Below are positions 38,930-51,103 of a stretch of DNA of 60,000 nucleotides, piece by piece. This stretch comes from Felis catus. Taxonomy: Eukaryota. How positions within the stretch are numbered: the stretch's first letter is position 1; each line of letters begins with the position of its first letter. The position numbers and the translations under genes are program-made. The notes below the pieces were generated by a model, which saw only the letters and a program-made list of their open reading frames with translations, made no database searches and was not told where the DNA came from. Where the stretch lies: the NCBI RefSeq assembly GCF_018350175.1, contig NC_058382.1, positions 50,842,001-50,902,000 of the forward strand. The letters run 5' to 3'.

Positions 38930-40000
38930 TTTCTGTTGAGAACACTTTTAATGAAGATGTGCGGTGACAGACGCTCTCACATTTTGTTTGCTGAAAAATG
39001 TTTTGCCCTCCATTTTCCAAAGGATATTTTTACTGGGTATAGAACTCCACACTGACTCTTATTTTCTTAGAGCACTTTTTAGAAATAATGAGAAAGAATT
39101 GTATTTTGGCTGCCATTGCTTCAGGTTGAGAAGCCAAGTATTAACCTACCTTATTTTTCTTGCTAGGAGTGTAATACACAGTTTTTCTCTTGGCTGACTT
39201 TTAGGATTTTTCCATTTGCCTTCGGTTTTCAGCAGTGTTTAGCCGTGGCTTTCTAATAAGCATCCTGCTTGAAATTTGTAACACTTCTTACGTTTGTGGC
39301 TTATTGTCTTCGATTATTTTTGGAAAATCATCTGTCATTATATTTTTAAGTGTGTTTATTTTTGAGAGAGAGAGAGAAAGAGAGGGGGCATGCGTGGGGG
39401 AGGGGCAAAGGGAGACCAGAGAGACAGAATCCCAAGCAGGCTCCATGCCCAGGGTGGAGCAGGACACAGGGCTCAAACCCACAGACTGTGAGATCATGAC
39501 CTGGGCGGAAATCAAGAGTCAGCTGCTCAACCGACTGAGCCACCCAGGTGTCCCACGTCGCATCTGCAATTATATTTTCAAATACTGCTTCTGCCCCATT
39601 ACCTGTCCTCTCTCCTGCAACTACAGTTCCATGTATGTTGGAATTTTTATCCATGTCACGGATCTCTTCCAAATTCTTTTTAGTATTTGTCGTACTCTTT
39701 TCACGCTCTGCTTCATACTTGGCATTTTATTCTCACCTACCAACAAACCATCTCTCAGAACATGTCTAAGGTAGCCGCAGTGTTCATCCACTTCCCAACT
39801 GTTTCCATTTTGTGGCGTTCTGTTGCTAGAACTTTTACTTTGTCCTTCATTAGAGTTTCTAATTCTCTGGCAATTCTATCCTGTCGTTTAATACTTGGAA
39901 GAGTTTAATTACCATGATTTCAAGGCACATATCTGATATTTTCATTGCTTTTCTTTGGCATCTGCTTTTATGACTTTCCATTGGTTCTTAGTCATGTCTT
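38930..40000 (-). mobile_element. Old L1ME-like internal fragments
   Basis: aaggatatttttactgggtatagaactc and gttgagaagcc… antisense ORF2 text. Confidence 0.6.
39343..39554 (-). mobile_element. Can-SINE
   Basis: TSD catctg(tc/ca)attatatttt. Confidence 0.95.
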
Positions 40001-40151
40001 CTTTTATGTCAAATTGTATTTTATTGACTTGTATATTTACATAAAAATATGGAATAAAGATTTTTTTTTTCTGCTTCAGGGAGACTGCTGGATTGGAGAA
40101 TATCAGCTAAATGTAACTGAGAATTGGAGCAGACTTTAAATTAGGTATTTT

Positions 40152-40357
40152 GGGGCGCCTGATGGCTCAGTCAGTTAAGCACTTCGGCTCAGGTTTGTGA
40201 GTTCAAGCCCTGCGTGGGACTCTGGGCTGACAGCTTCAGCGCCTGGAGCCTGCTTCAGATTCTCTGCCACCTCCCTCTCTGCTCCTCCCCTGCTCCTGCT
40301 CTGTCTGTCTGTCTTTCTCTCTTTCTCTCTTTCTCAAAAATAAATAAGCATTTAAAA
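40152..40357 (+). mobile_element. Can-SINE
   Basis: ggggcgcctgatggctcagtcag head, (CT)n, tail; TSD ~aattag(g/t)tattt. Confidence 0.93.
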
Positions 40358-40440
40358 ATTTTTTTTAATTAGTTATTTCAGTATGAGTGAGTGCTGGCTT
40401 CTGGTTCAGCTATAGCCTTGCGTGGAGATCTATGTATCTA

Positions 40441-40610
40441 TTTATTTTTAAGTATTTATTTTTGAGAGAGAAACAGAGACAGAGGGAGCAGGAGAGGGGC
40501 AGAGAGAGAGGGAGACGGAGGATCTGAAGTAGGCTCCAGTCCTGAGAGCAGAGAGCCCGACTGGGGCTCGAACTCATCATGAACCATGAGACCGTGACCT
40601 GAGCCAAAGC
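40441..40610 (-). mobile_element. 5'-truncated Can-SINE
   Basis: Tail and body present; ends at gacctgagccaaag with the head missing. Confidence 0.9.
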
Positions 40611-40766
40611 CTGAAGTTTAAAGTGCCACCCCTATTGATTAAAAAGGGTCCCTCCTCTTGGGTTGAATATAAACTCTCTTTTGTTCCTTCTCCCCATCCC
40701 CTGGGACTGTTGGAATATTTACTCTTCCCAGTCTCTTAGCAACTGCTTTTCAGGCCCTCGTTGCCT

Positions 40767-40977
40767 GGGGGCTCCTGGGCAGCTCAGTCCTTTAAGCAGC
40801 AGTCCTTTGGTATCGGGTCAGGTCTGGATCCGGCAGTTCCAGGGATGGAACCCTGCACTTTTGCACTGACAGCCCAGAGCTGCTTGGGATTCTCTCTCTG
40901 CCCCTCCCCCATCCACGCATGCGCTCTCTCTCTCTCTTTCACTTGGTCAAAACAAATAAAAATTTTTTAAAAAAAGA
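40767..40977 (+). mobile_element. Diverged Can-SINE
   Basis: ggggctcctgggcagctcagtc…gcttgggattctctctctgcccctcc…tail. Confidence 0.85.
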
Positions 40978-41269
40978 ATTCTCATTGCCTTGAGTGCAGA
41001 ATGGGGCCAACTGCCAGACCCCTAGTTCTTTGGCTTTTTTCTTTTCCTCAGACCTTAGTCCCCCAAATACCTACGGCCTTCACTATGGCTCTCTGGTGTC
41101 TTCAAAGCGTTTTCTTTGTTTTTGTCCAGTTTATTCCGGCAAAAGTCGGTCTGTCACCAACAATGCCGCTATTATCATAAGCTATGACTATAAACGCTAA
41201 AATGAGATGTGATAGAGCATTTATACACAGACTATTTTACTAAGAGAAAAGCCCACTGGCTCATCTTGC

Positions 41270-42015
41270 TGAGGGAGCATAAGACAAGGTGAGGGCAAAG
41301 CAAAAGCTAATAACACCGCCTCCCATCCCACCAGATGGGATACCTGTGACATTCCTCAAGCTTTCCAGGCTGCCCAAAAGCTAAGAGAAGGAGAAAACAA
41401 AAAGTTACCTGATAGAGATCACAGTCCTGAAGGACCTGAGTCTTCAGCAGTTTACATATGTCTTAGTAAATTATAAGCAAAAGGCAATCTTGTCAGCAGC
41501 CTAACCTCCAGAAACCTATAGACTCAGTTTCCTGGAACCCTAACATCACCCTCCCCTCCATAGTGACATGGGAACAAAGGAAAGAAGGAAATGGTAAATG
41601 AAATCGAATTTCCTTACAACCTGCAGCCCATTGACAAATACTGGAGGCAAAGAGAGTGTAACATTTCTCCAGGAATCCCCTACTGTCTTAATGTTAATGC
41701 CTTACTGGGGGGAAAACACCTTAGCGTGACAACAGCAAGGCCTCAAGTGTCCTAGGAGTCCTCTTTAGCATATGAACGTGCCTCCGGAGGCTTCTCTTTG
41801 GCCTTTACCTGCTCCAGCTCTGTAGTATATTATCAGTCACTCCTCACAACCCCAGGGCAGCTCTTCCTACCCCTCCCCCACTCCTGTCCCCATGCTTTAA
41901 ACAAAAGCACCTTTTGCACCAAAAATGTCTCAAGAATTCTTTCTTGGCTATAGGCTCTGGATCCGCCCTCTCCCCCCACCCCCCAACCCCCCCATCACCA
42001 CTCCAAAACCCCACA
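41270..42015 (+). mobile_element. Solo LTR of a carnivore endogenous retrovirus (ERV1/MER34-like CarLTR type)
   Basis: Starts TG (tgagggagca) and ends CA (accccaca). Flanks cttgc/gttgc resemble a TSD. TATA-like gtatattatc near 41825, R/U5-like tctcaagaattctttcttgg, no internal ERV sequence adjacent. Confidence 0.75.
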
Positions 42016-44105
42016 GTTGCCAGGGTCCCTAAAGCTCACTCCCTTTCCCCAGAGGGAACACCAGCCCCCAGAGCTCATTTGATCTCAGTGCCTGTTGGAT
42101 ATCGATTTGCGACCAATGAGGTGATAATAGCTTCCATTTTCACAAGTATTGTTTGCTGACAATTAAGGCATTATTTTCTCACAGTAAAATAATTTTTCTT
42201 CCAAATGCTACAGAAAATGTGGACCCTGAGGACGGGAGGAACTTACAATAAGAATCAGCAAAGCTGCAAAGCAAGAGGAGAGACGAAGCATTATGAGATT
42301 GTTGGAAGGTATTAACAAGGAGCCAATACGGGAACAGTAATATTTTCATAAAGTATGTTAATATCCTTTTGGGTAGAAATAGTGTTGTATACCGCCAAGG
42401 GCATGGTGACCCTAACAAATAAACAGATAACCATAAAGGCAAAGCAAAAGCAAAACCACGCTGGTGTAATACAAATGTTAAGTTCTGGTTTAGGTTGACT
42501 TGGGCAGTACATGTTAATATCAGTGTGTTGTTAAAATTATGCTAGTGGGGAGGGTATGGTGTGCCTGCACTCACACGCTCCTCCATCTGGACGTATCTCT
42601 TCCAGACTTTTGCAGGCAGACGAGGAAAGGCTGGGAAAGCAGGAGGGCATCATTCAAACAACTGGAAGAACTAATGGCCTAATCCGTCTCACATTGCATC
42701 CAGAAGCCCAAGCCATGTGCCAATTATTTCATATAATATTAATAATTACAAAGATTATTCTCATATATGAGAAACAGCAATGCCCAATGTGCTCTGTTCA
42801 GAAAGTTAGGATTATAAGCAGTTTTCACTTTGGAGAAGGGGGGAAAGTGATAAATCCTGGATAGAGATATCGGATAAATGGCAAATGTTATTTATATATG
42901 GAGACAAGCTCCAAAAGCTGGTGGTTTCGTTTGATTGAGAAGGCAATAATAACTTTATTAAGGGAAGTCGGAGGGAATCTCAGGTACTGACTTCCCTTTG
43001 TTAGATATTAAGAAAATGCACATATCACGAGGTGATGCATTTAAAATGAACATACGCGTGCAGCTATTATCTTTGTTAAGAAAGAGAACGTTAGTTGTGC
43101 CGCAGACATTCCTGGGTTGTTATTCCAGGTCACACACCTCCAGCCAAAGATAACCATGAGCCATACTTCTAATTCCAGTGATTAGTTTTGCCCGTTTATG
43201 AGATCTACATCAACCTAGTAACAAAGCATATTCACTTGTGTGTCTAAATTCTGTTGCTCAACATCACCCTTGTGGGATTTATCCACAACTGTTCCTTGTA
43301 GCATAAGTTAATTTATTTCTATTTTTATACATTATTCCATGGTACAGATATGCCATAAATTATTTATCTACTCTACAGTTGGTGAGTATTTGGGTTTGAG
43401 CTATTGTAAATAACACTGGCACGGATATAAGCGTACATCTTTAACGTACATATTCTAAGCTTTTCTGTTGACCGGACCTGGTAGCTGAATTGCCGGGTCA
43501 TGGAAAATCCACACATTCGGATTTAGGATACCGGACCGAAGACCTGTCCAAGGTGCTAGTAACCATTCTACCTACCAGCAGGATGGGAGTTCATATTCTT
43601 TCACATCCTCTCCAACATATCACCACCCTTTCAACTGTATCCACTCTGGCAGTCACGTAATTTGCATTTTTGAACGATCAGTGGTGTTGAGTATCTTATA
43701 TGCTAATGCCTTACTGGTTGTTTTCATTTGTGAAGTGTAATTTGTTAAAGATGTTGGTCTATTCTCTATATGAGTTCTTTGTTATATAATGCAAAATAAC
43801 CTCCCCCACTCTCCGGCCTGCCGTTCTCATCTCTTCCCTGTGCCTTGTAATGACCCAAGTTTTTAATGCGTACAAAATTCTATTTGTCAAACTCTTCCTG
43901 TATGGTTACTGTTTTTATTCTCAAAATGATACTGTATTCATCACTGTATATATTTAAGATATATAACATGATGTTTTGACATATACAGTGAAATGATTAT
44001 TACATTCAAGCTAATTATCATCTCACTCAGTGACCATTTTTGTGTGTGTGTGATAAGAGCACCTGAAAACAATCTTTTAGAAAATTTCTAGTGTTCAGTA
44101 TTCTT

Positions 44106-44329
44106 TTTTGTTGTTGTTTTAGGTTTACTTATTTCTGAGAGAGCGTGCGCGCGCGCGAGAGAGAGAGAGAGCGCACAAGTGGGGAAGGGGCAGAGACAGA
44201 AAGGGTGACAGAGAGAATCCCAAGCAGACTCCGCAACCCAGTGCAGAACCCACTGCGGGGCTGAAACTCAGAACCGCGAGATCATGACCTGAGCCGAAGT
44301 CTGACACTTAACTGAGCCCTTAGGCACCT
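44106..44329 (-). mobile_element. Can-SINE (first of a tandem pair)
   Basis: Reverse-complement SINE bounded by TSD copies 1 and 2. Confidence 0.93.
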
Positions 44330-44347
44330 CCAGTATTCAGTTTTCTT

Positions 44348-44566
44348 TTTTTTTTAATTAAAAATTTTTTTTTAACATTTAATCATTTTAAAGAAACAGA
44401 GCACAAGCAGGGGAGAGGAAGAGAGAGAGGGAGACACAGAATCCAAGCAGGCTCCAGGCTCTGAGCTGTCAGCACAGAGCCCGACACAGAACGCGAACTC
44501 ACAAGCTGTGAGATCATGACCTGAGCTGAAGTCGGACATTTAACAGACGGAGCCACCCAGGCGCCT
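44348..44566 (-). mobile_element. Can-SINE (second of a tandem pair)
   Basis: Reverse-complement SINE bounded by TSD copies 2 and 3. Confidence 0.95.
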
Positions 44567-44808
44567 CCAATATTCAGTTATCTTAACTATAGTCTTCATG
44601 CTGTACATTAGAGCTCTATACTTTCTCATCCTACATAACAACTGGTTTGTACCCTTTGACCAACATCTTCCCTTCTGTCCATTTACCCCACCCCTCCACC
44701 CCTGGTAATAACCCTTCTACTCTCTGCTTTTATCTGTTTGGTATTTACAATAGCCAAGATTTGAAAACCATCAAAGTGTCTGTCAACAGATGAATGGATA
44801 AAGAAAGC

Positions 44809-44845
<37 letters not shown>

Positions 44846-45390
44846 ATATTATTCAGCCTTTAAAAAAAGGAGATCCTGCCATTTGCAACAACATGGATGG
44901 ACTTAGGAGACATTGCAATTATTGCTTTTAACATCTAGTTTAAGAAAACTTTGTCTACTCTGAAATCATGAAGGGATTTTGTATGGACTCCAGTTCTCTG
45001 TGGAAACCTCTAACTTATCTCTCCTCTTGATAAAAATCACTTCTCGTCTACATACTTCAAAATATGGATGATCACTGGCTTGGTTTCTAACACTGTTATT
45101 TTCTTGGACCTAGTTCTTGTTTACCTCTTATTTTTTTCATTAAATGCCGTCCATTTTGCATGAAAAAATTTACAGCCTCTAGCTGATGCTCTATTCCTCC
45201 AGGGGCCTAGGTTTTAAATTCTTGCACGTAGCTAATCCAGGTATCCCCTTACACAAGCAGGTTCAAGGTTCAAGGAACACAAAGGTTCAAGGGTGGGGTT
45301 AGGGTTTGCAAGGTCTGGTCTATGTTCTGGTTACTTTTCTTACAGGTTGGTTATCAGGATCCCTTCCTTAGGGGATCTAAGATTCTAGTT

Positions 45391-45416
45391 TCTAGATTCT
45401 AGATCTAGAATCTAGA
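45391..45416. repeat. Perfect 26-bp palindrome TCTAGATTCTAGATCTAGAATCTAGA
   Basis: Self-reverse-complementary; four TCTAGA sites. Confidence 0.95.
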
Positions 45417-48400
45417 TTCTAGTTTTTCAATTTCTCATGCTGTGAATCTGCAGAAAGTTCCGAGTATCTTCTCACACATTGGAAGCGGCCAATCTCTACT
45501 TCACCTCTTGCACCGTGACCCCTTTTCAGTGACAAACAACTCTGAGATGAAAATGGGAGCAGAGCTAGATCTCCTCTGCTTCTCTTCCCTTCACTGCAGG
45601 GATTGGCCCCTCCAGTCTGGGCTGCTGTAAATGATCTGATCCCCAGTCTTTGGCTTTCACACCTGTAAGACTATCACTCACACTGCTTACCTGCTACTTT
45701 CTGCTCAGCTTTTCTACATCCTGCTCCATGCTGTTTAACAATCTACAAATGCCTTGACCAAAAAAAAAAAAATGTCATGTAGAGTGTTGGGCTTACCTCC
45801 AATGTGTTTTCCTTCTCTCCAGGTTCTTGGCTGTACACGTTCTAACTGCCTTGATAACTCTCTGGTACCTTCAAAAATGTGTTCTCATTGTATTTACCGT
45901 TTCTTGTGTTCTTGGCTTTCAGTTTGGTCAGCTGCAAACTAATCCATCATAGCCAGAAGCAGAAATCTTCAATTACCGCACTCGAGTCCAAAAATAAAGC
46001 CCTAAAAGTGAAAGAAAATGATTGATAGAACAAAATTACCAACAATCTGGGACATTTAAGTAAATGTATTGACCATATTTCAAATGAGATTATTTACTGA
46101 TTTGACCATTCAAATGACTCCTGGAGCTACATTCTTTCGGCCCCCACAAGATTCCAGCATGTAAGATGCAATTTGGAAAATATTAGTATATATTTAATCA
46201 TATTAAATATATAATAAATGTATTTCCCTTAAAATAAAACCTACGAAAGCACATATTCTTGCCGCAGAAAGCACGTCCATGATGAGCTCTGGCAGTAGCT
46301 GCTATTTATTGTACACAGACAGCCCTCTAATCCATATTTTCATTAAATACACAAAAGGATTACTGCTATTTATATCTCTGAAATGAAGAAACAGGCAGAA
46401 GGAGAAAAGAAATGTGTCCAAAACTCCTCTGTAGTAACCAGAGAAGCCAAGATTCCAACTTAAGTGTATTTGATTCCAAAGCCCAGAGGTATATCCGTTG
46501 TGTATACTGTTCAATAAATGTACCCGGGGTCGTATTTGGAGGGCAAAATATGGAGTATGAATACAAATGTAAATCTGGAACGCTCCCATGAAGCTACCTG
46601 CTCAAAGAAATTCTAGCATCCCTCATGCTTGTGTGTGCCCACAAAAAGGACAAAGGAAACAAAGGCTTTCACCTCCACTCATCAGAGTCACCTAATTTGC
46701 TACAATCCTTTAATACTTTGAGGTCCCCACTGGGAGAGACATTTCTGATTACATGAACTTCACCAGGAGCTGCAGCTGTCCCTGTATCCAGGCTTGTTAG
46801 TTCAATAACGCGGAAGTGAATCCGAAGGCTGTGGGAGCCCCCAGTGATGATAGTATTGTTGGACTTTAGGATGTTATTAACAATTTGCAATACAAATGAG
46901 TTGTCTGCAGGAGGGGAAATCACACTGTGATCATACCTAATCAATGTAAGAATTAAAAACAAGATAACATGTGGGGAGGCACAGATGTGGATATTAGGAG
47001 CTAAGCTTTAGCCTGCCATTAGCCTGACAATCATTGGGCTCAAGGTCAGTACGGATGTGCTCAGGTTTATTTCGTTATTCTTCTCCGTCATTCCCACTGA
47101 ACATGGACAAAGTTAGAAAATCTTCTTATGTGAAGGTGATCGAGAGTTCTCTTTTGCTTCCATGCTAAAGAGAGACTCATGGGACCACTCCCTAGAGAGT
47201 ACATAGACTGAGTAGAGATTTAAATCAAATCAGCATCCGTGTAGTACATTAATGACCAGAAAATATTTGGGGGGTATCTTCATCAGGTTGCATTCTACTT
47301 AATTTCTTCACTTCAGCTCTCCCAGTGTGTTAACTCCTAAAGCATTTAATGTTCCTTCCCCCATCCCAGCATCTGGTAGCCAACAGAAATTCTATACAAA
47401 ACGGGAGTTGAGCACCTTTGAACAGATAAGAAGACCGGGGAATATAAGGACTTAAAAACAGGTAAAATTCCATATCCAAGAAATAAAGTCTCTGGCGTAA
47501 AAAGAGAAAACTGCATTCAAATTTTTCTTTTTGCCTTGAAGGGATGGTTTCTTGTTTCAATGTTCCAGTGCAACATTTTTGATGGGTCTTAAAATTATAT
47601 TTTCACTTCATACATACACTAAGATTTCATTTTCTTGACTCTGGCAACAAGTTTTAAAGGTGATTGAGAAATGATTCACGGAAAGAAATTAGAAATAATC
47701 TAAAGAATAACCAACAGGTCCACAGGCTAGTTGTGCTATAGTCTCTCCTTCAGGATTTAACCAAATCTTTCCTCATGTTTCAATTTAAATGCTTTTTTTT
47801 TCTTTTTGGGCAGAATACCACCTCAGCAATATTTGTCCTCCTTAGTGGATCCTATCAGTAGGCACCTATCACATTAGCCTATTAACAGTGATACTAGTTT
47901 TGACCCCTTGGTTAAGGTGTTGTCTGCCAGATTTCTCCTCTAAAAAGGTATTTTGTTCTTTTCTTACTAATATCTACAGTGAGGAAGTTTTGAAACTGCA
48001 TAAATGTCCTGTTGAAACTTGCACCTAATGGTTTCGATGACCAATGTTGCATCATTCAGTTCCTCATGAGTTTCAGAATTAAGGTTTTTCTAGAATCTTC
48101 CTCTATTTACAGCAATGTCCTTCTACAGATAGAAGATTTTTCGGTCTCTCAAAGGGTGTCTGTTTGTGGATGTTGTTTAATATATGAAAAAAAACCATTT
48201 CTGTATATTAAACAACACCCACAAACACAAAAAACCGTTTTGTAGAAAGGGGCGAATATTATTCTGACAAACGATGAGTCACAAATGTGCGTCAGATTTG
48301 ATGCCAGTTCCTTGGGAAATTTGGGGCAAGAATCTGTGCTAAGCACAGTGTGACTGAGTATTATTGACACAAAGCCCTTCCATTTCTTGGTACGAGTTTG

Positions 48401-48662
48401 GGTGGCACATGGAAGGCGTTTTCAGTAAAACATTTGTGTGGCCTGGACAGAACATGCCAGAAACAAGGAGTGGCGGAGGATTCCTAGTCCCACAGCCACT
48501 GAACCAACAGGTCTCTCTTTCCAGTTGTGATGCATTCTTCAAGATGTTAAATATGCCTTTGCAAATATAAATATATATGTTAATTAAATGCATTCAAAAG
48601 CTCCTTACATATTTTATAGAGGATGTGACTTACAGTGCTTTGTAAAACTCTCTAGCTTTACA

Positions 48663-48941
48663 TTTTTTTAAAGTTTCTTTATTGATTTTGACAGGGAGAG
48701 AGAGAGAGCACAAGTGGGGGAGGAACACGGGGAGAGGGAGGGAGGGAGGGAGGGAGGGAGGGAGAGGGAGAGGGAGTGGGAGAGGGAGAGGGAGAAGGAG
48801 AGAGAGAGAGAGAGAGAGAGAGAATCCCAAGCAGGCTTCATGCTATCAGCACAGAGTCCCATGCATGGCTGAACCCATGGACCATCAGATCACGACAGGA
48901 GCTGAAATCAAGTCGGATGCTCAACCAGCTGAGCCACCCCC
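48663..48941 (-). mobile_element. Can-SINE with expanded (GGGA)n/(GA)n tract
   Basis: TSD aaaact(c/t)tctagcttta. Confidence 0.93.
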
Positions 48942-50504
48942 AAAACTTTCTAGCTTTATAAAAGTCTTTCGATGGTGACAATTAAATTGCTACATAAGAT
49001 ATAACAAAAAGCTTACCCACTGTATATATTACATGCATTTATCTGCCCTCAAACCGTAGATTGTATCTAGAGCTCCTGCCATGAAATCTCAACTTTTTGA
49101 ATGATGTCTTCAATTTTGCTTATAGAAAATATTTTTCATAGATCATGAAGTAGGAGCAGTACTGGGTATGGTGTATCTAGCTAAAGAGTAACATAACCTA
49201 TAAATACAAAAGTTTATTATTTTAATTTTTTAGTAAACACATGCCGACTGAGTTCTGTTTGGTTTTATCAGCAAAGGTAGATGAGACATTTTATGAGATC
49301 AGCAGGAAATATTTGGAGATGGTTATTTGTTTGGTTTGTTTTGGGGTTCTGTTGGGATTTTCTTTTTTTCTAAAGATGATAGCTAAGTGGTCTAGAAATA
49401 AACTACATGACTCATCGTTATTTAGCCTTGAAACTTCAATAGGGACATATTAAATGCATCTAGTTAAAAGCGATTCAGCATGGGAGCAAACTGAATGGAA
49501 GAACAAGAAATGAACCAAATCCTGTTTAGAGAGCGCTATGGAGATGTTGATGGCTTGTGTTATGAACACAGACACCCTGCTAGGCCTTGATTGGCCACTC
49601 TGCGTTGATGAAATGTTTGAAGTGAATCATTATCCACGTCAAAGACGGCCAGGAGAAAATCAAAAGAACAAAATTATGTTGCAGCTTGTTTTGACAATAT
49701 TTTTCTTTTCAAAGCTACTCACACGTATTAAATTCCTTAGTAACACAGGACATTGGAAAGGAGAGGAAAAGGTCACATTGTAGAGACGTGCAATCAGTGT
49801 GTTTTGTCATTTATGAGAATGGAAAGAAATACGGGATGATTATCTGGCATGGTTAAATTTCTTAAGTGATATGAACCACCATTTCATCAAGGCCAGATCA
49901 TTACAGCAATGACTGAGAAAGTGGACAGACCATTTGTCACGACTCCACAGTCACTAGGAAGAGACTCAGTTATATACTCGACTGTGTGTACATGCAGTCC
50001 TGGTCGAGATCCAGGTGGTGATCACCCACCGGCAGCGACATCCTCTACGGAACCTCAAGAAACCAAAAAAAAATTCTGTAATTTACAAATGCTCATTGCC
50101 AAATAAAAATAAAGCCAATTAGTTGTGTGAGTCTCCACAGAATGTTCCAAAATATTGATTGCTAGAGGGCATTTGATTGCATGGTAATTCCCTGATGCTA
50201 CAGGATTCTAGCAAAACAAAAGAAACTATTATTGACCATTCTTCTACAGAGAAGGCTCCGTGCTAAGCTTTCTGCAGACAGAAATAGAGGAGTTTCTCCT
50301 ACTAACTCTTTGAATTGGTATCTGTTTTGGAGGAAAGGAATTTGAGGTTCAAGAAGGCTAGTTAATATACCCAATGTCATTCAAGAAAAGTCCGTTTTCA
50401 TTTATGTAACCTTGACGTAACTGATAAAATATGTCAACTTAATTAACATTAGTTTCTTCTTTTTTCTTAAATTTAACCCATATATTTAAAATGTCAACAT
50501 CTAG

Positions 50505-50694
50505 GGGAAGCCTGGGTGGCTCAGGTGATTAAGACTCTGACTCTTGATTTCAGCTCAGATCATGATCTCACGGTCGGTGGTTCGTGGGTTCCAACCTCGT
50601 GGAGTCTGCCTGGGATTCTCTCTCCCTTACTCTCTGCCTCTCCCCTGCTTGTGCTCTCTCTCTTTCTCTCTCAAAATAAATAGATAAGCTTTAA
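50505..50694 (+). mobile_element. Can-SINE
   Basis: Perfect 17-bp TSD aaaatgtcaacatctag. Confidence 0.95.
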
Positions 50695-50883
50695 AAAATG
50701 TCAACATCTAGTTACTTTTTAGTTACATACTGTCTGGGAAACAGAAACAAACATTTGTTTACAACTTCAGAGTTCAGTAGCTGACAAAACATCACCCCCA
50801 TCGGCAAAGACACATCCTCACGTTTGTACAAAGTTCTACTAACCTGTAAAAGTAGCTGTGGCTCGCACATTTAGCCTCTGTGG

Positions 50884-51103
50884 TTTGTTTGTTTTAATGT
50901 TTATTTATTTTTGAGAGAGAGAGAGAAAGAGAGAGAGCAGGGGAGGGGCAGAGAGAGAGACACACACACACAGAAACAAAGGCAGGCTTCAGGCTCTGAG
51001 CAGTCAGCACAGAGCCCGAGGCGCGGCTTGAACTCACAAACCACGAGATCATGACCTGAGCTGAAGTCAGATGCTGAGCCTACTGAGCCTGCTCAAGTGC
51101 CCC
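50884..51103 (-). mobile_element. Can-SINE
   Basis: Full reverse-complement SINE. Confidence 0.95.

Larger units (their letters stand above)
43918..44918 (-). mobile_element. L1 (L1MA-like) 3' end with an inverted 5' segment (44741-44918 on +)
   Basis: Antisense 3' UTR at 43918-44740 is joined directly to sense ORF2-end text (tttacaatagccaag…gaatattattcagcc…gccatttgcaacaacatggatggac). Confidence 0.8.
43100..44975 (-). mobile_element. Old L1 host element containing a nested younger L1 and two SINEs
   Basis: Antisense L1 3' text (tattccatggtacagatatgccataa…) breaks at ~43917 and resumes at ~44920 (…tagtttaagaaaactttgtctac…). Confidence 0.7.

Noticed and set aside
39235..39774. Longest ORF in the track (179 aa)
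   Set aside because: It runs through antisense L1 and a minus-strand SINE; the peptide is typical SINE-derived text.
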